This document shows, piece by piece, positions 39,491 through 51,571 of a stretch of 64,000 nt of DNA. A model generated the notes under the pieces. That model had not been told where the DNA came from, did no database searches, and saw only the letters and a list, made by a program, of their open reading frames with translations. Where the stretch lies: NCBI RefSeq assembly GCF_001194135.2, contig NC_069001.1:39800080-39864079 (forward strand), written 5' to 3'. Made by a program: the position numbers and the translations under genes. This DNA is from Octopus bimaculoides. Taxonomy: Eukaryota. Position 1 is the stretch's first letter, and each line of letters opens with the position of its first letter.

Positions 39491-42246
39491 AGCCAGAGCC
39501 TACTTAATAATAAATTGTTTGAATCCATAAAGTTTCTTAAACCAAAAATTCAGTACATCTTGGCATGACAAGCATCAAACACTAACAAATATTGCATCAG
39601 AATATCATACCAATATTTACAGACTCTTGTATGACTATTGTCTAAACCCTTCTGGCTAATCTATTGATAGCTTACTAAAATGTTAGTCTTGTCTGTCTAT
39701 TGTACAAATTACAGATAGACAGATTTCTTAACTGGAACACACAGTAAATGTAGTAATCAAGTTGTTGTTATTATTATTATTATGAGGGTGACGAACAGAC
39801 AGAATCGTTAGCACACCAGGTGAAATGCTAAGCAGTATTTCATCTGTCGCTACTTTCTGAGTTCAAATTCCACTGAGGTCAACTTTGCCTTTCATCCTTT
39901 TGGGATTGATAAATTAAGTACCAGTGAAACACTGGGGTCAATATAATCGACTAATCCCCTCCCCAAAAATTTCAGGCCTTGTGCCTCTAGTAGAAAGGGT
40001 TATTATTATTATGGCAGCCATTAGAACATTAGAAGAAATGCTTTGCAATATTTCTTCAAGCTCTTTGTGTACTGAGTTCAAATACCAATGAGATCAACTT
40101 TGCCTTTCATCCTTTCAGGGTCAACCCCTGAAACTAAAAAGCGTTTTTTCTCCAACCCTCTAAACAATTCTACCTCAGATATTTCTATCACATCCACTTT
40201 TGCCTCTTTCTTTTCCATTCAATAACAAAACCACAAAAATCTTCTGATTCTCTCACATAGTTTAGATGAACATTGTTTCGCATCACCTTCACTGTTTCTT
40301 GACAAACACTACAAGGAAATCACTTAATACTACAGCATTGATTTATCTTTCTTTTGCTTTGTACAAATCTCGCATGATTTTTTAAATCCATTAAAATATT
40401 ATTGATCCTTTAGGAATTACCTTGGGGATAATTAAGATACTAATTATGTCAAAATTACTCCAATAAGGAAGAGAAAAACTAATTATTGATGTTAATGACA
40501 AAACTTATCAAGAAAGACAAAAATGATGAATAAAAATTAAATGTGGACATTCAGTGGCAAGGAGTTTGATCATGTCTAAGTACACCTTAGACTGTACATC
40601 TCTGATGAGGTCTAATAAGAATGAAACATGTAAGACATTGTATCCACGTCTATCAAAGTTCAATTCATTCTTCCATCCCACAGTATCTCTTCATTTAATT
40701 CTCATAAATTTATCAGAGTTGTCCTTCTTGCCATTTTTGATAAGAATTGTCAACATAAATGAGTTTCCTTCTCATTATGGCTGTAATTTTAAATTGATTA
40801 AACATTTTTTCAGTTCACTACATTTAGTACATTAGCTCATGCACTTAACTATATATACTTATAGCAGAAAGTATCCCAAGGACATTCTCCTCTGTTAGAA
40901 TCATTTCAACATCAGCATTTATTGAATGCTTTTTTTTATATATATATTTTGAATTCTCAGATTTCATAAATCTTTTTAAGCTTATTTCAGTTTTTTTTTT
41001 TTTCCATCAGAATGTTTTCCAATTCTTCAGACAAATTCTAAGTGAATGTTATTTGCAAATCTTTTATTTAGTACATATGAATGCCCAATCATCTTCCTTT
41101 ATTTTACAAAAGACAACTTGAATCTATATCTGCTTTGAATTGTTTTTTAAGAAATTAATGATGGAACTCATATGCCTACATTTTTAATATTTATTAATAT
41201 CTTTCTAAAATTCAACAACATAATCTTTTGATAAATAGCATGTGCACCCTTCAAACTTTACCAGTTTTCCATTAAATTATTTTGAAAAAATTAAAAATGA
41301 TAATTACGTACATCTTTCTCATTACCTGCATGTCCAGATTTTATGCAAATTTTATGCTTAAAAATATTTTTGCATCCTGAGTAAATGAAGTCCTTTTTAA
41401 TAATTAGAAAACATTTCAATTTTCAATTTATAGATATTATTAAATTCAATTTTTAATGCTATAAATTATCCAACAAGGGCCAACTGTCATCATAGATTGT
41501 CTAGTTTCATTAGTGTGAGTTTTATCCTGCCACCACGGTTTCTGGGGTCCAAATAAACTGTTATTGACATTATCCCTCTCTCCCTCAGTAAACAAGAAAC
41601 ACCTAAAATTTACTGACTGAAGATTGCATGGTTTATTATAGTTTTGTTTAGTTTATTTATCATTCCTGATTGATAGATCAGTTGTGATTGATTGATCAGT
41701 TTTAGATCAGTCATTCATACTTTCCTTTGATTGACCAAAACTTTGACAGTGGAATTTGGTCAATGGAAACTAGGTGACAGCCTCTACTGCTCATAAGTAA
41801 TAGACTTTAATTTGTCACCTATTTTAGTCTTTAATCTGTCACCTGTTTTAGTCCCACTCTTTAGTCTTTGGGTATCTTTAATAAATTTCATTCTGTTACA
41901 AGCATTCAGGTTAGGTTTCAAGTCTAAGGACAACTTCCTACTTTCTTTTCAGAGGCCCTGAAAGGGGTCATTCATGAGCCCTGTTGTTCTGCTTCTTAAT
42001 AAGTCATAAAAATAAATACAGCTTCAACTGGACGAAATAAAGAAGACATTTAAATTTAGAGTAGATGTTTTGCTTCTTAGCCTTCCATTCCTGTTATTAT
42101 TTTGTATCTCTCTCACATATTTCCATTAGTTCTCAAATCATCCCAAAATTAAGAGTGTTGGCAGAGTTGCCAGAGAATTTGTGTTGGGAGACACAATAAG
42201 GAAGCTTGTGTTGGGATTTCCTTTCATTCTTGAGCAAATATAAGGA

Positions 42247-42367
42247 ACTAGCAGTATAACCCGGCTTTGCCCGGGATTAAGTTAGGATTATTAAGCTAAT
42301 CAAGTTCTTTATTCCAAACCAAACTAAGTAACATTGACGTCAAATTTGGGCGAAATCCGTTGAAATT

Positions 42368-42438
<71 letters not shown>

Positions 42439-43759
42439 NNNNNNNNNNNNNNNNNNNNNNNNNNNNNNNNNNNNNNNNNNNNNNNNNNNNNNNNNNNNNN
42501 NNNNNNNNNNNNNNNNNNNNNNNNNNNNNNNNNNNNNNNNNNNNNNNNNNNNNNNNNNNNNNNNNNNNNNNNNNNNNNNNNNNNNNNNNNNNNNNNNNNN
42601 NNNNNNNNNNNNNNNNNNNNNNNNNNNNNNNNNNNNNNNNNNNNNNNNNNNNNNNNNNNNNNNNNNNNNNNNNNNNNNNNNNNNNNNNNNNNNNNNNNNN
42701 NNNNNNNNNNNNNNNNNNNNNNNNNNNNNNNNNNNNNNNNNNNNNNNNNNNNNNNNNNNNNNNNNNNNNNNNNNNNNNNNNNNNNNNNNNNNNNNNNNNN
42801 NNNNNNNNNNNNNNNNNNNNNNNNNNNNNNNNNNNNNNNNNNNNNNNNNNNNNNNNNNNNNNNNNNNNNNNNNNNNNNNNNNNNNNNNNNNNNNNNNNNN
42901 NNNNNNNNNNNNNNNNNNNNNNNNNNNNNNNNNNNNNNNNNNNNNNNNNNNNNNNNNNNNNNNNNNNNNNNNNNNNNNNNNNNNNNNNNNNNNNNNNNNN
43001 NNNNNNNNNNNNNNNNNNNNNNNNNNNNNNNNNNNNNNNNNNNNNNNNNNNNNNNNNNNNNNNNNNNNNNNNNNNNNNNNNNNNNNNNNNNNNNNNNNNN
43101 NNNNNNNNNNNNNNNNNNNNNNNNNNNNNNNNNNNNNNNNNNNNNNNNNNNNNNNNNNNNNNNNNNNNNNNNNNNNNNNNNNNNNNNNNNNNNNNNNNNN
43201 NNNNNNNNNNNNNNNNNNNNNNNNNNNNNNNNNNNNNNNNNNNNNNNNNNNNNNNNNNNNNNNNNNNNNNNNNNNNNNNNNNNNNNNNNNNNNNNNNNNN
43301 NNNNNNNNNNNNNNNNNNNNNNNNNNNNNNNNNNNNNNNNNNNNNNNNNNNNNNNNNNNNNNNNNNTATATATATATATATATATATGTGGGCAACACAC
43401 ACACACACGTACGTACATACACCTATTGCATACATGTTTGTGTACATGTGTGTTGCCCGTATATCAACAAAACACTTTTTTCCTTGATGGAAAAAAAATA
43501 ACAAAAGTCTTAAAAACTCGTCGCTAGCAGGGGACTTAACTCTTGTTTGTAAACAATTGTGATTTCTCCGACTTGAAAATTGTTAAAAGTTTTGGTTGAA
43601 AATTTATTCACTGGTGCCTCTGGGAAAAATAAGTTGATGAAAATACAGCTAGGGTCATGACAAATGTCCTAAAATTGGAGCCACATGCATGCTAATTTGT
43701 GGACGTGCATAAATTACATTCACACACACGCACACATCCTGCCTTTTATATATACAGAT
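42247..43759 (+). mobile_element. Putative non-autonomous Helitron/Helentron-like repeat spanning a gap
   Basis: Starts ACTAGCAGTATAACCCGGCTTTGCCCGGG (subterminal hairpin) and ends CTTTTATATATACAGAT, with an internal (TA)n tract and N gap. Whether both ends belong to one copy is uncertain. Confidence 0.45.
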
Positions 43760-44224
43760 GATTACCAAAGCTTCTCACAAATATTGGTTTGATGCGAATC
43801 ATGATGGACAAGTACTGTTAAATGTTAATTACATACAACTACAAAAATACATTGCTACACACCACCATGCACTTTTAGCTGCTGCTATTTATGATATTAG
43901 AATATTTATTTAATATTTGGTGCTGTCTTTTGCTAGTTTCAACTGACAGGTTTCTGTGAGGTGGACAATGATAAAATTATAACAGTTATAACTGTCTCTC
44001 TCTTAAAAAAGAGGCTCAAAACTTCAGGAATCTACCTTGTATATAGTTTTAATGAAGTACAGAAAATGTATATGCTATGTTATACTTTATAAAACATAAA
44101 TATATTTCCATGTGTATGTTTTATAAATTTTTATGTCTAATGGAATTAAAAATTATTTTTATGCATTTGTGTACATTTAAACTAATTAAATATTATTTTA
44201 CAGAATAACAGAATTAAAATTTCT

Positions 44225-45242
44225 TTGATTAAGACCCTTTCTAACATGGAAGTATCCAAAGAGCATTTGAGGCACATAATGCTTTATGAGTACAAAAAGA
44301 GAAACTCTGCAGCCGAAGCGACTCAAAACATGCACTCAGTTTATGGGAAAGAATGCTTGAATGAAAGAACTTGCAGAAGATGGTTTGCGAAATTCAGAAG
44401 TGGAGATTTCAGCCTTGAAGATGAAGATCAAATAGGACGTCCAGTTNNNNNNNNNNNNNNNNNNNNNNNNNNNNNNNNNNNNNNNNNNNNNNNNNNNNNN
44501 NNNNNNNNNNNNNNNNNNNNNNNNNNNNNNNNNNNNNNNNNNNNNNNNNNNNNNNNNNNNNNNNNNNNNNNNNNNNNNNNNNNNNNNNNNNNNNNNNNNN
44601 NNNNNNNNNNNNNNNNNNNNNNNNNNNNNNNNNNNNNNNNNNNNNNNNNNNNNNNNNNNNNNNNNNNNNAACAGTGGCTTGGTATAAGGGAAAAAGCTCA
44701 ACCACAACCAAGAAGGGAACTTCATGGGGAAAAGGTACTTCTCTCTATCTGGTGGGATTGCAAAGGAGTAATTCACTTTGAATTGTTACCACCTAATGCA
44801 ACAATCAATGCTTAAGTCTACTGTCAGCAATTAGAGTGTTTGAACCAAGCTTTGAAGAAAAAAAGACCCGCTTTAGTGAATCAAAAAGGAGTGATGTTTT
44901 ATCATGACAATGCACGACCCCACACTGCAAAGATCACATCACAGAAGATCGAAGAGTTTGGTTGGAAAAAAATTCCTCATCCACCTTATTCTCCCGACCT
45001 TGATCCTCCAAACTACCATTTGTTTCGTAGTTTAATGAATCATTTGAGGGACATAACTTTCGCAGGAGGAAGTCGAAACTGATATTTCAGAGTTGTTCAC
45101 TTTGAAAGCTTGTAAATAGATGGGAGGAAGTCATAGATAATCAGGGAAAGTACATTGAGGATGAAATTTCAATTAAATATAACATTTGATCACTTGTTTT
45201 CTTTATTCAAAATTCGGACAGAACTTATGGGATGACCTGATA
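44225..45242 (+). mobile_element. Mariner (DD34D-type) transposase pseudogene in the last Cav2 intron
   Basis: Reads MEVSKEHLRHIMLYEYKK...TCRRWFAKFRSGDFSLEDE..GRP, LLSIWWDCKGVIHFELLP and FYHDNARPHTA...HPPYSPDLDPPNYHLF. Premature TAA at 44813-44815. The 3' TIR cggacagaacttatgggatgacctgata is present. Confidence 0.92.
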
Positions 45243-45505
45243 TATATATATATCACACACAAGCGCGCATGGTTGAAAAGTACTGAAGATAGAGTTTGTA
45301 TATTTTCTTTTATTGTGAGCTGAAATATCTGATGAGCAACTTGCGTTGTGATTTGTGAAGTTTCAGCTATATACATTGGGTTAATGTATTTGTGTATATC
45401 ACTGTGGTATTTTGCATATATTTTAAGATGCAGTTAATGTATGATAGTCTTGTTTTACATTGTTTAATGTTAATATAAATTTTTTTTCTTTTTTGTCTTC
45501 CTAAG

Positions 45506-46377
45506 GAAAACACGATGACAGCCTTAGTGTTCCTACTTCTCCTCAAATGCGTGGAAGAAGTCGTGGTCGTCACAGACCCCCACTACAGCAGCAGGGGCAG
45601 ATACTTGGTTCACCTCTTCCAAGTCCAACAGCTCGGAGAAAAGAGCCAACATTCTACAGATCTACATCCTTAGAAAACCGTTCTAGAAGCCCTTCCCCAA
45701 ATCTCACTCCAACACCCATGCTACATCAACATGAATATTATGGATCTGCAAACTTAACGGACCGATCAAGAAGTCCAAGCCCTGGTCCCACAGTGACACA
45801 GCCAAGAAAAGCTACTCGTAAACTACCAGCAGTTCCCAGCAAGCCTTCAACTTTAAACCTTGCTCAAACTCGACCCCGTGACAATATGCCCCGGGTCATG
45901 CCATCACCAACTGTCCCACAGCCATCAAAGAGCCCTGGTAGCATAAACTTCCCTAGACTAAATGCATCACCTACTCACATTCCAAGAATAGGACCTACAG
46001 TTGGACAGGCCCCTCCTTTAGGACGACTTGGTCGACCAGAGCCCTATAGTCCAACAGAAAGGAATAGTTTAAGTAAATTAAGTCCTGAAAGAAGTAGAAC
46101 TTTACCTGCTACTCAAAGGACTAGCAACAGGGATTTTAGTAGAGCAGTAGACCCTTATGTTTCACACAGAAGTAGAACGTTTGATCCACGCATAAATAAC
46201 AGAGGACGCTATTTTGAAGATCCATCTCTAAGTGTTCACATGTCAGATCGACGTACTGAAACTTTACCAAATGGATTCAAACCAAAGAAACGTAAACCAG
46301 AAAATTTGGACATGTGTGGAGATGGTACAGGTGGTCCTGTCCGTCATGATTCAGATGAAGACGATGACTGGTGTTAA
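45506..46377 (+). CDS. Cav2: Cav2 terminal coding exon, ending ...VRHDSDEDDDWC*
   Basis: Acceptor ttttgtcttcctaAG. Phase 1 junction (G|GA) is in frame with ORF 45547..46377. Contains the SH3 ligand RKLPAVP (45817-45837) and ends in DDWC (46363-46374), the established Cav2 C-terminal PDZ ligand. Confidence 0.93.
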
Positions 46378-47046
46378 GGTAACCAGATGTTTAGGAATTT
46401 ATTGTATTTTTGTATTCTGCTGCACAGTTCACCTGTGGTTTCACACGACCACAGACACTGGATTTCAGAACTGTTATTATTGGATTTGTAACTTGTCATT
46501 GGCAGTGACCAGAAATTACTGGACAGTTATTTGCCAAGTGTTATGAGTTTAGAAATCTAATTCTTGTTGAAAGTGTGTCCCTATGTTGGATTCTAGCTGG
46601 TAGTACCTGGGTATCTAAATTGTTGGCCACAGTGTCAATCATTGATAAAATTTGCACGTGCTAGACCTGTGAATGAAACCAGAAAAAAAAAAAAGAAAAG
46701 CTTTAATTCAAAATTGCATTAAAGAGCTGGTTGTCTCCAAAGGAGACAGGTGATAATGTAACTTGTTATGGGGAAGAATGTTGTGACACATTTAATGTGT
46801 CCTAAAAAGATAAAAATGTTTTTACATGATCCTTAAAAATGGTTAAATTGATACGTCATCAATAAGTTCATGTCCAAAAATGATCGCTCTTTAACAATAA
46901 CAACAACAACAAAATTGTTTTGTTTTTTTTTAAACTTTTTTTTCTTCTTCCATCTGCCATTTTTGACTAAATATGTCCTCCCAAATTTCAAGCTTAGTTG
47001 TCAATTAAATCCAGTTGTGTTCTGCTATCTCTGCTTAAAAAAAAAT

Positions 47047-47069
47047 AATAAAATAAAATAAAGAATAAA
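47047..47069 (+). promoter_or_regulatory. Cluster of four AATAAA hexamers, candidate proximal polyadenylation signal of Cav2
   Basis: AATAAA at 47047, 47052, 47057 and 47064, about 670 nt after the stop codon. The AT-rich context makes chance occurrence possible. Confidence 0.45.
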
Positions 47070-47224
47070 CGAAACCAACTTCCCACCTCATGTTAACAAC
47101 TGCCAGCTAGCCATGCCCATCATGTATTATCCCCACCCTGCCCCCAAATGTTTATTCGAAATCTACACAGGATTAAAATATTCATAAAAATAAATAACAG
47201 GATATTAAAACCAAATCAGCAATA

Positions 47225-47256
<32 letters not shown>

Positions 47257-50200
47257 CATGTTGGTAGCCACCACCATATATGGGTCTATATTCTGCTAAG
47301 CAGGCGTAACATGCAACATCTACTAACATAATAATAATAATAATAATAATAATGATGATGATGATTGGAAAAAAATACTTTCTAATTCTAAATATTTTAA
47401 TTTTAGGTAAATTAAAGTTTGTAATGTTTCAGTGAATTCAATTCATAAGATTTTGTATTTCTTTGTTTTCTTCAGTTAAACAGAAATGCAAACTGATTAA
47501 GAAATTAATTAAAGGTAATTAGGTCATGAAATCTTGCAGCCAGAATTACTTTCACTACCTCACCTGCCAATAATGTTTTGTTGTTTTTTTTCCTTGCAAA
47601 AATCATTAACTTATTGTTTAATTTATATTGATATTAAATATTATCTAATCACTGTTATTGTTAATTGTTAATGTTACTTTATTAACACCATTGTTGGGGA
47701 ATCTATAATTATTATTATTATTAAAGGCAGTGGTGATGGCTCAGTTAGTAAAGGGTCGGTGTTGCTTTACGAGAATCTCTCAGCTCCTGTGTTTCACATG
47801 TCTAAATAACTCTGCGGACCAAGGTTACGGGACCCAATTGCCCTTCTTCATTTACAAAATTTGTTATTTGAATTGCGAAAGTCAATATTATTATTATTAT
47901 TATTATTATTGCCAACAGCATTATCATTGTTGTTGTTGCTGTTGTTATTCTGTTGCTACGCAGTGTTGGTATTGTACCCAGTTTAATTATGCTTCCTGTT
48001 CTTAAGTTGTATTGATGACTTTCTGGATTAATATTATTATTATTATTATTATTTAGAAATCTATTTTTCAATACCTCTTCACAAAAAAATCTGAGTTTTC
48101 ACACATAATTAATTACCATTACCATCATCTTCATCAAAATAATCATTTTCATCTAAATCTTCATCATCATCGTCATTGTTATCGTAAGAATTATGACAGT
48201 GGAATTCGTATAATGCTCTACTGCGTCGAGTTCAGTGTGTGCTGCTATTCGGTTTCAAATCAAACCAAGTTTGAATTTGTCTTTTATCCCTCCAGGGTCA
48301 ATAAAATAGGTACCAGTAAAATATTGGTGCAATTGACTGTATACTCCCGCTCTCCCTCTCCTCCTCCTCCTCCTTACAAACATTGGCATAGTGCCTCATC
48401 AAAAGAAATTATTATTTACTGTTATGACCATCATCATCACGATGCTGATGATGATGATCATTATTGTTATTCTCATTATTTTAAATGAATTGTTGTAGAT
48501 GATGAAATGCAGATTGAGATAGTTTATTGATCTAGGGTAATACCTTGTGTTAGTATTCACATCCTGGTGGGATTGATCTTTGTGACTGTTTAAGTGAATA
48601 CTAGTAATAGGTCAATAATCTCTACCATTTTCCCTTGTGGGCCTTGTGCCTAAGCAGAAGAAATTATTATTAAAGATGATAAACAAACTAATTAATTATA
48701 GTTTGTTTTTTTAATTAATTGGTACCTAACATTCTATATATTCTAAGTTTGAAAGTTTGTTGCCATTCTTCTCTCATTTTCAAATTAAATGTTATTGAAA
48801 AAACAAATAAAAATCAACAATGCACCTTTCCTTCAAACTAAAACCCATCTTAGTTCTCACCTTGAAAAACACTAAAAAAAATATCCTTTTTTATTTCAAT
48901 CCCTGACTTACAATATTATCATTTTTCTTTTTCTTTTTGTTTATTTTCTGGGTTCCACCATTTCTTAAATACATGCGCTACCCACTCCCTATTAATTCTT
49001 GTCTATTTTTTTTTGTTTTTTTAAGAAGTTGTTGTTGTTGTTGTTGTTATGTTTCTGTAATGATCATCGTTTGGAAAGGTAAATTGTGTGTTATAAATAG
49101 CACAAGTCTTAGCACGAGGTAAACGGTGTCAAACTTGGCGGAAATACATTTACAACAACCATTTACATATCACAAATACACACACACACACATACATATA
49201 CACATACACACCATTCATTTTGTGCAAACTGTTTTCTAATTTTTTTTTTCTTCTTCAGTGCTAAATAATCTCCTGTTCCATGTTTCGTTATTTTGTCAAG
49301 AAAGTTGGTGAATGTGTCCATTACTCAAAGAGGTTTTACTATTATTCCTGTGCCTCAGTCTTGCGATAATGGCAGTTGCCTTTTCTTAGTTTCTTTTTTT
49401 TTATTATTTGACAGCTTTTTTGTATTTCTTCCAATACAAATGTACATTTCTAATTGGTCACGTAACTTTTAAACTACATTAAAAACAAAACACATTATTG
49501 ATCATTCATGCTGATAGTTTATTTTATAAACAGGACACGGGTACCTAAAACTAAAAACATGCAGAGAGGTACGTTAACAAAAAAAAAAATAATAATAAAT
49601 AAAAGAAAATATTAATCTTTCAAACATTCCTTGCTAGTATTTTTGCCATTGTATGTTCTAACAGACTTCTTGCTTCACTGAAATAGCAAGGCTGTCAGAA
49701 CGAAACGAGGTAGAATTTTATCTGCATCAAAAGATTTTGTTTTCCATAAAGAATCATCAAAATTATCATTGCAAATATTACATAACTTTATGGCACTCAC
49801 TTCAAGGATCTTTTTAAACATTTAATATAATTGATAGATTAATTACATATTTCTCCTATTTAATATAGATTAGTTACTTCTAATAATTGTGTGGTGGCAG
49901 GGTACCTAGTCTCTGGATAAAATATATGTAGCATATTTATTTATCTTTTAAATCTAACTTTTAATAACAAGCAATCAGTTATCAATTGTCCCTGACAACA
50001 TAATTATTTTTAGACTAGACAATAATGTCTGTACACCTCAGCATTGTTCTATATTAAGGTAAAATAATACAAAAAATTAAGAATATTAATTTTTGATAAC
50101 AGCTGTATTAAGTTATTTTCTCAGCAGATTATTTCAAGATTGGATAATTAAAATAAAAATAAAAAAACAAACAAACAAGTATATTGTTTCTCTGTAGAGG

Positions 50201-51528
50201 GATTACCATTTAAGCCAATAATTGGCTTAACACAGCCTTCTCTTATCCTGCCAGAAGATAATATGGCAGTTTCTTGCCATTTTATTTAGTATTTCTTTGT
50301 TAATCTTTCAGAGACTCATCTTGCAAAATAAACTTTGTTCATTTAGTAATCCTAACCCTGGATTAGCATCAAGGGATAGCTGGGATTTTTGAAATAAGCA
50401 AACTGTGAATCAGGACCCTTTATCGCACAAACTTTGTCAGCTTTCTACTGAATGAACTGTTCTGGAATGTCATTTAGGTGACTGTCATTCCAGAGCAGTG
50501 AATACTCTACAGATTGAAATAATGTTCCAGGTATCTGATAGCTATTCTAGCTTATCCAAAATGAATGAAATAATCTGTAAACCTACATTTATCAAGTTTT
50601 AACTACTTTAGTAGGTAGTACTGACACAAGGATAATTTTCTGTGTGTGCATGTGTGTGTATACATGTATACATATACAGACAAGGATGTGTATATGTGTA
50701 CATATACATGTATACACCTTCATACATACTAGTGACAATAATACTTGCACACACAGACACATATATATTCAAATTCCAGTTAAAAGTTAGTTATTACAAA
50801 TTGTAGTTGTTGTTCTTCTTACTACTGCTACTACTACTACTACAAGATAGTTATAGATACTTACCATTTTTATTATCTGAGTAAGCAATAATTAGTGTAT
50901 CCTGTAGAAACTGTTTAGTAATTGAATAAGAGAGACTGAATCAATGTGAAAATACATTTATTATTTAAATAGAGGTTTTTTTTAAAATTTCATTTAATTT
51001 TTCATCCACAATCCTGCCACTTGAGTAAATGTTTTCNNNNNNNNNNNNNNNNNNNNNNNNNNNNNNNNNNNNNNNNNNNNNNNNNNNNNNNNNNNNNNNN
51101 NNNNNNNNNNNNNNNNNNNNNNNNNNNNNNNNNNNNNNNNNNNNNNNNNNNNNNNNNNNNNNNNNNNNNNNNNNNNNNNNNNNNNNNNNNNNNNNNNNNN
51201 NNNNNNNNNNNNNNNNNNNNNNNNNNNNNNNNNNNNNNNNNNNNNNNNNNNNNNNNNNNNNNNNNNNNNNNNNNNNNNNNNNNNNNNNNNNNNNNNNNNN
51301 NNNNNNNNNNNNNNNNNNNNNNNNNNNNNNNNNNNNNNNNNNNNNNNNNNNNNNNNNNNNNNNNNNNNNNNNNNNNNNNNNNNNNNNNNNNNNNNNNNNN
51401 NNNNNNNNNNNNNNNNNNNNNNNNNNNNNNNNNNNNNNNNNNNNNNNNNNNNNNNNNNNNNNNNNNNNNNNNNNNNNNNNNNNNNNNNNNNNNNNNNNNN
51501 NNNNNNNNNNNNNNNNNNNNNNNNNNNN

Positions 51529-51571
<43 letters not shown>

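Noticed and set aside
39062-39491. Plus-strand ORFs 39062..39304 and 39213..39491 as bona fide Cav2 exons
   Set aside because: The GC-rich, coding-like character is explained by a CRE-like endonuclease on the minus strand, and the pyrimidine tract is weak.
44840-45082. DD34N triad suggesting a SETMAR-like domesticated transposase
   Set aside because: An in-frame stop at 44813-44815 and a shifted C-terminus indicate ordinary decay.
47725-47830. tRNA gene candidates (A/B-box-like motifs here, at about 9760-9790 and in SINE heads)
   Set aside because: No full cloverleaf can be drawn, and the motifs sit in repeated SINE-like segments.
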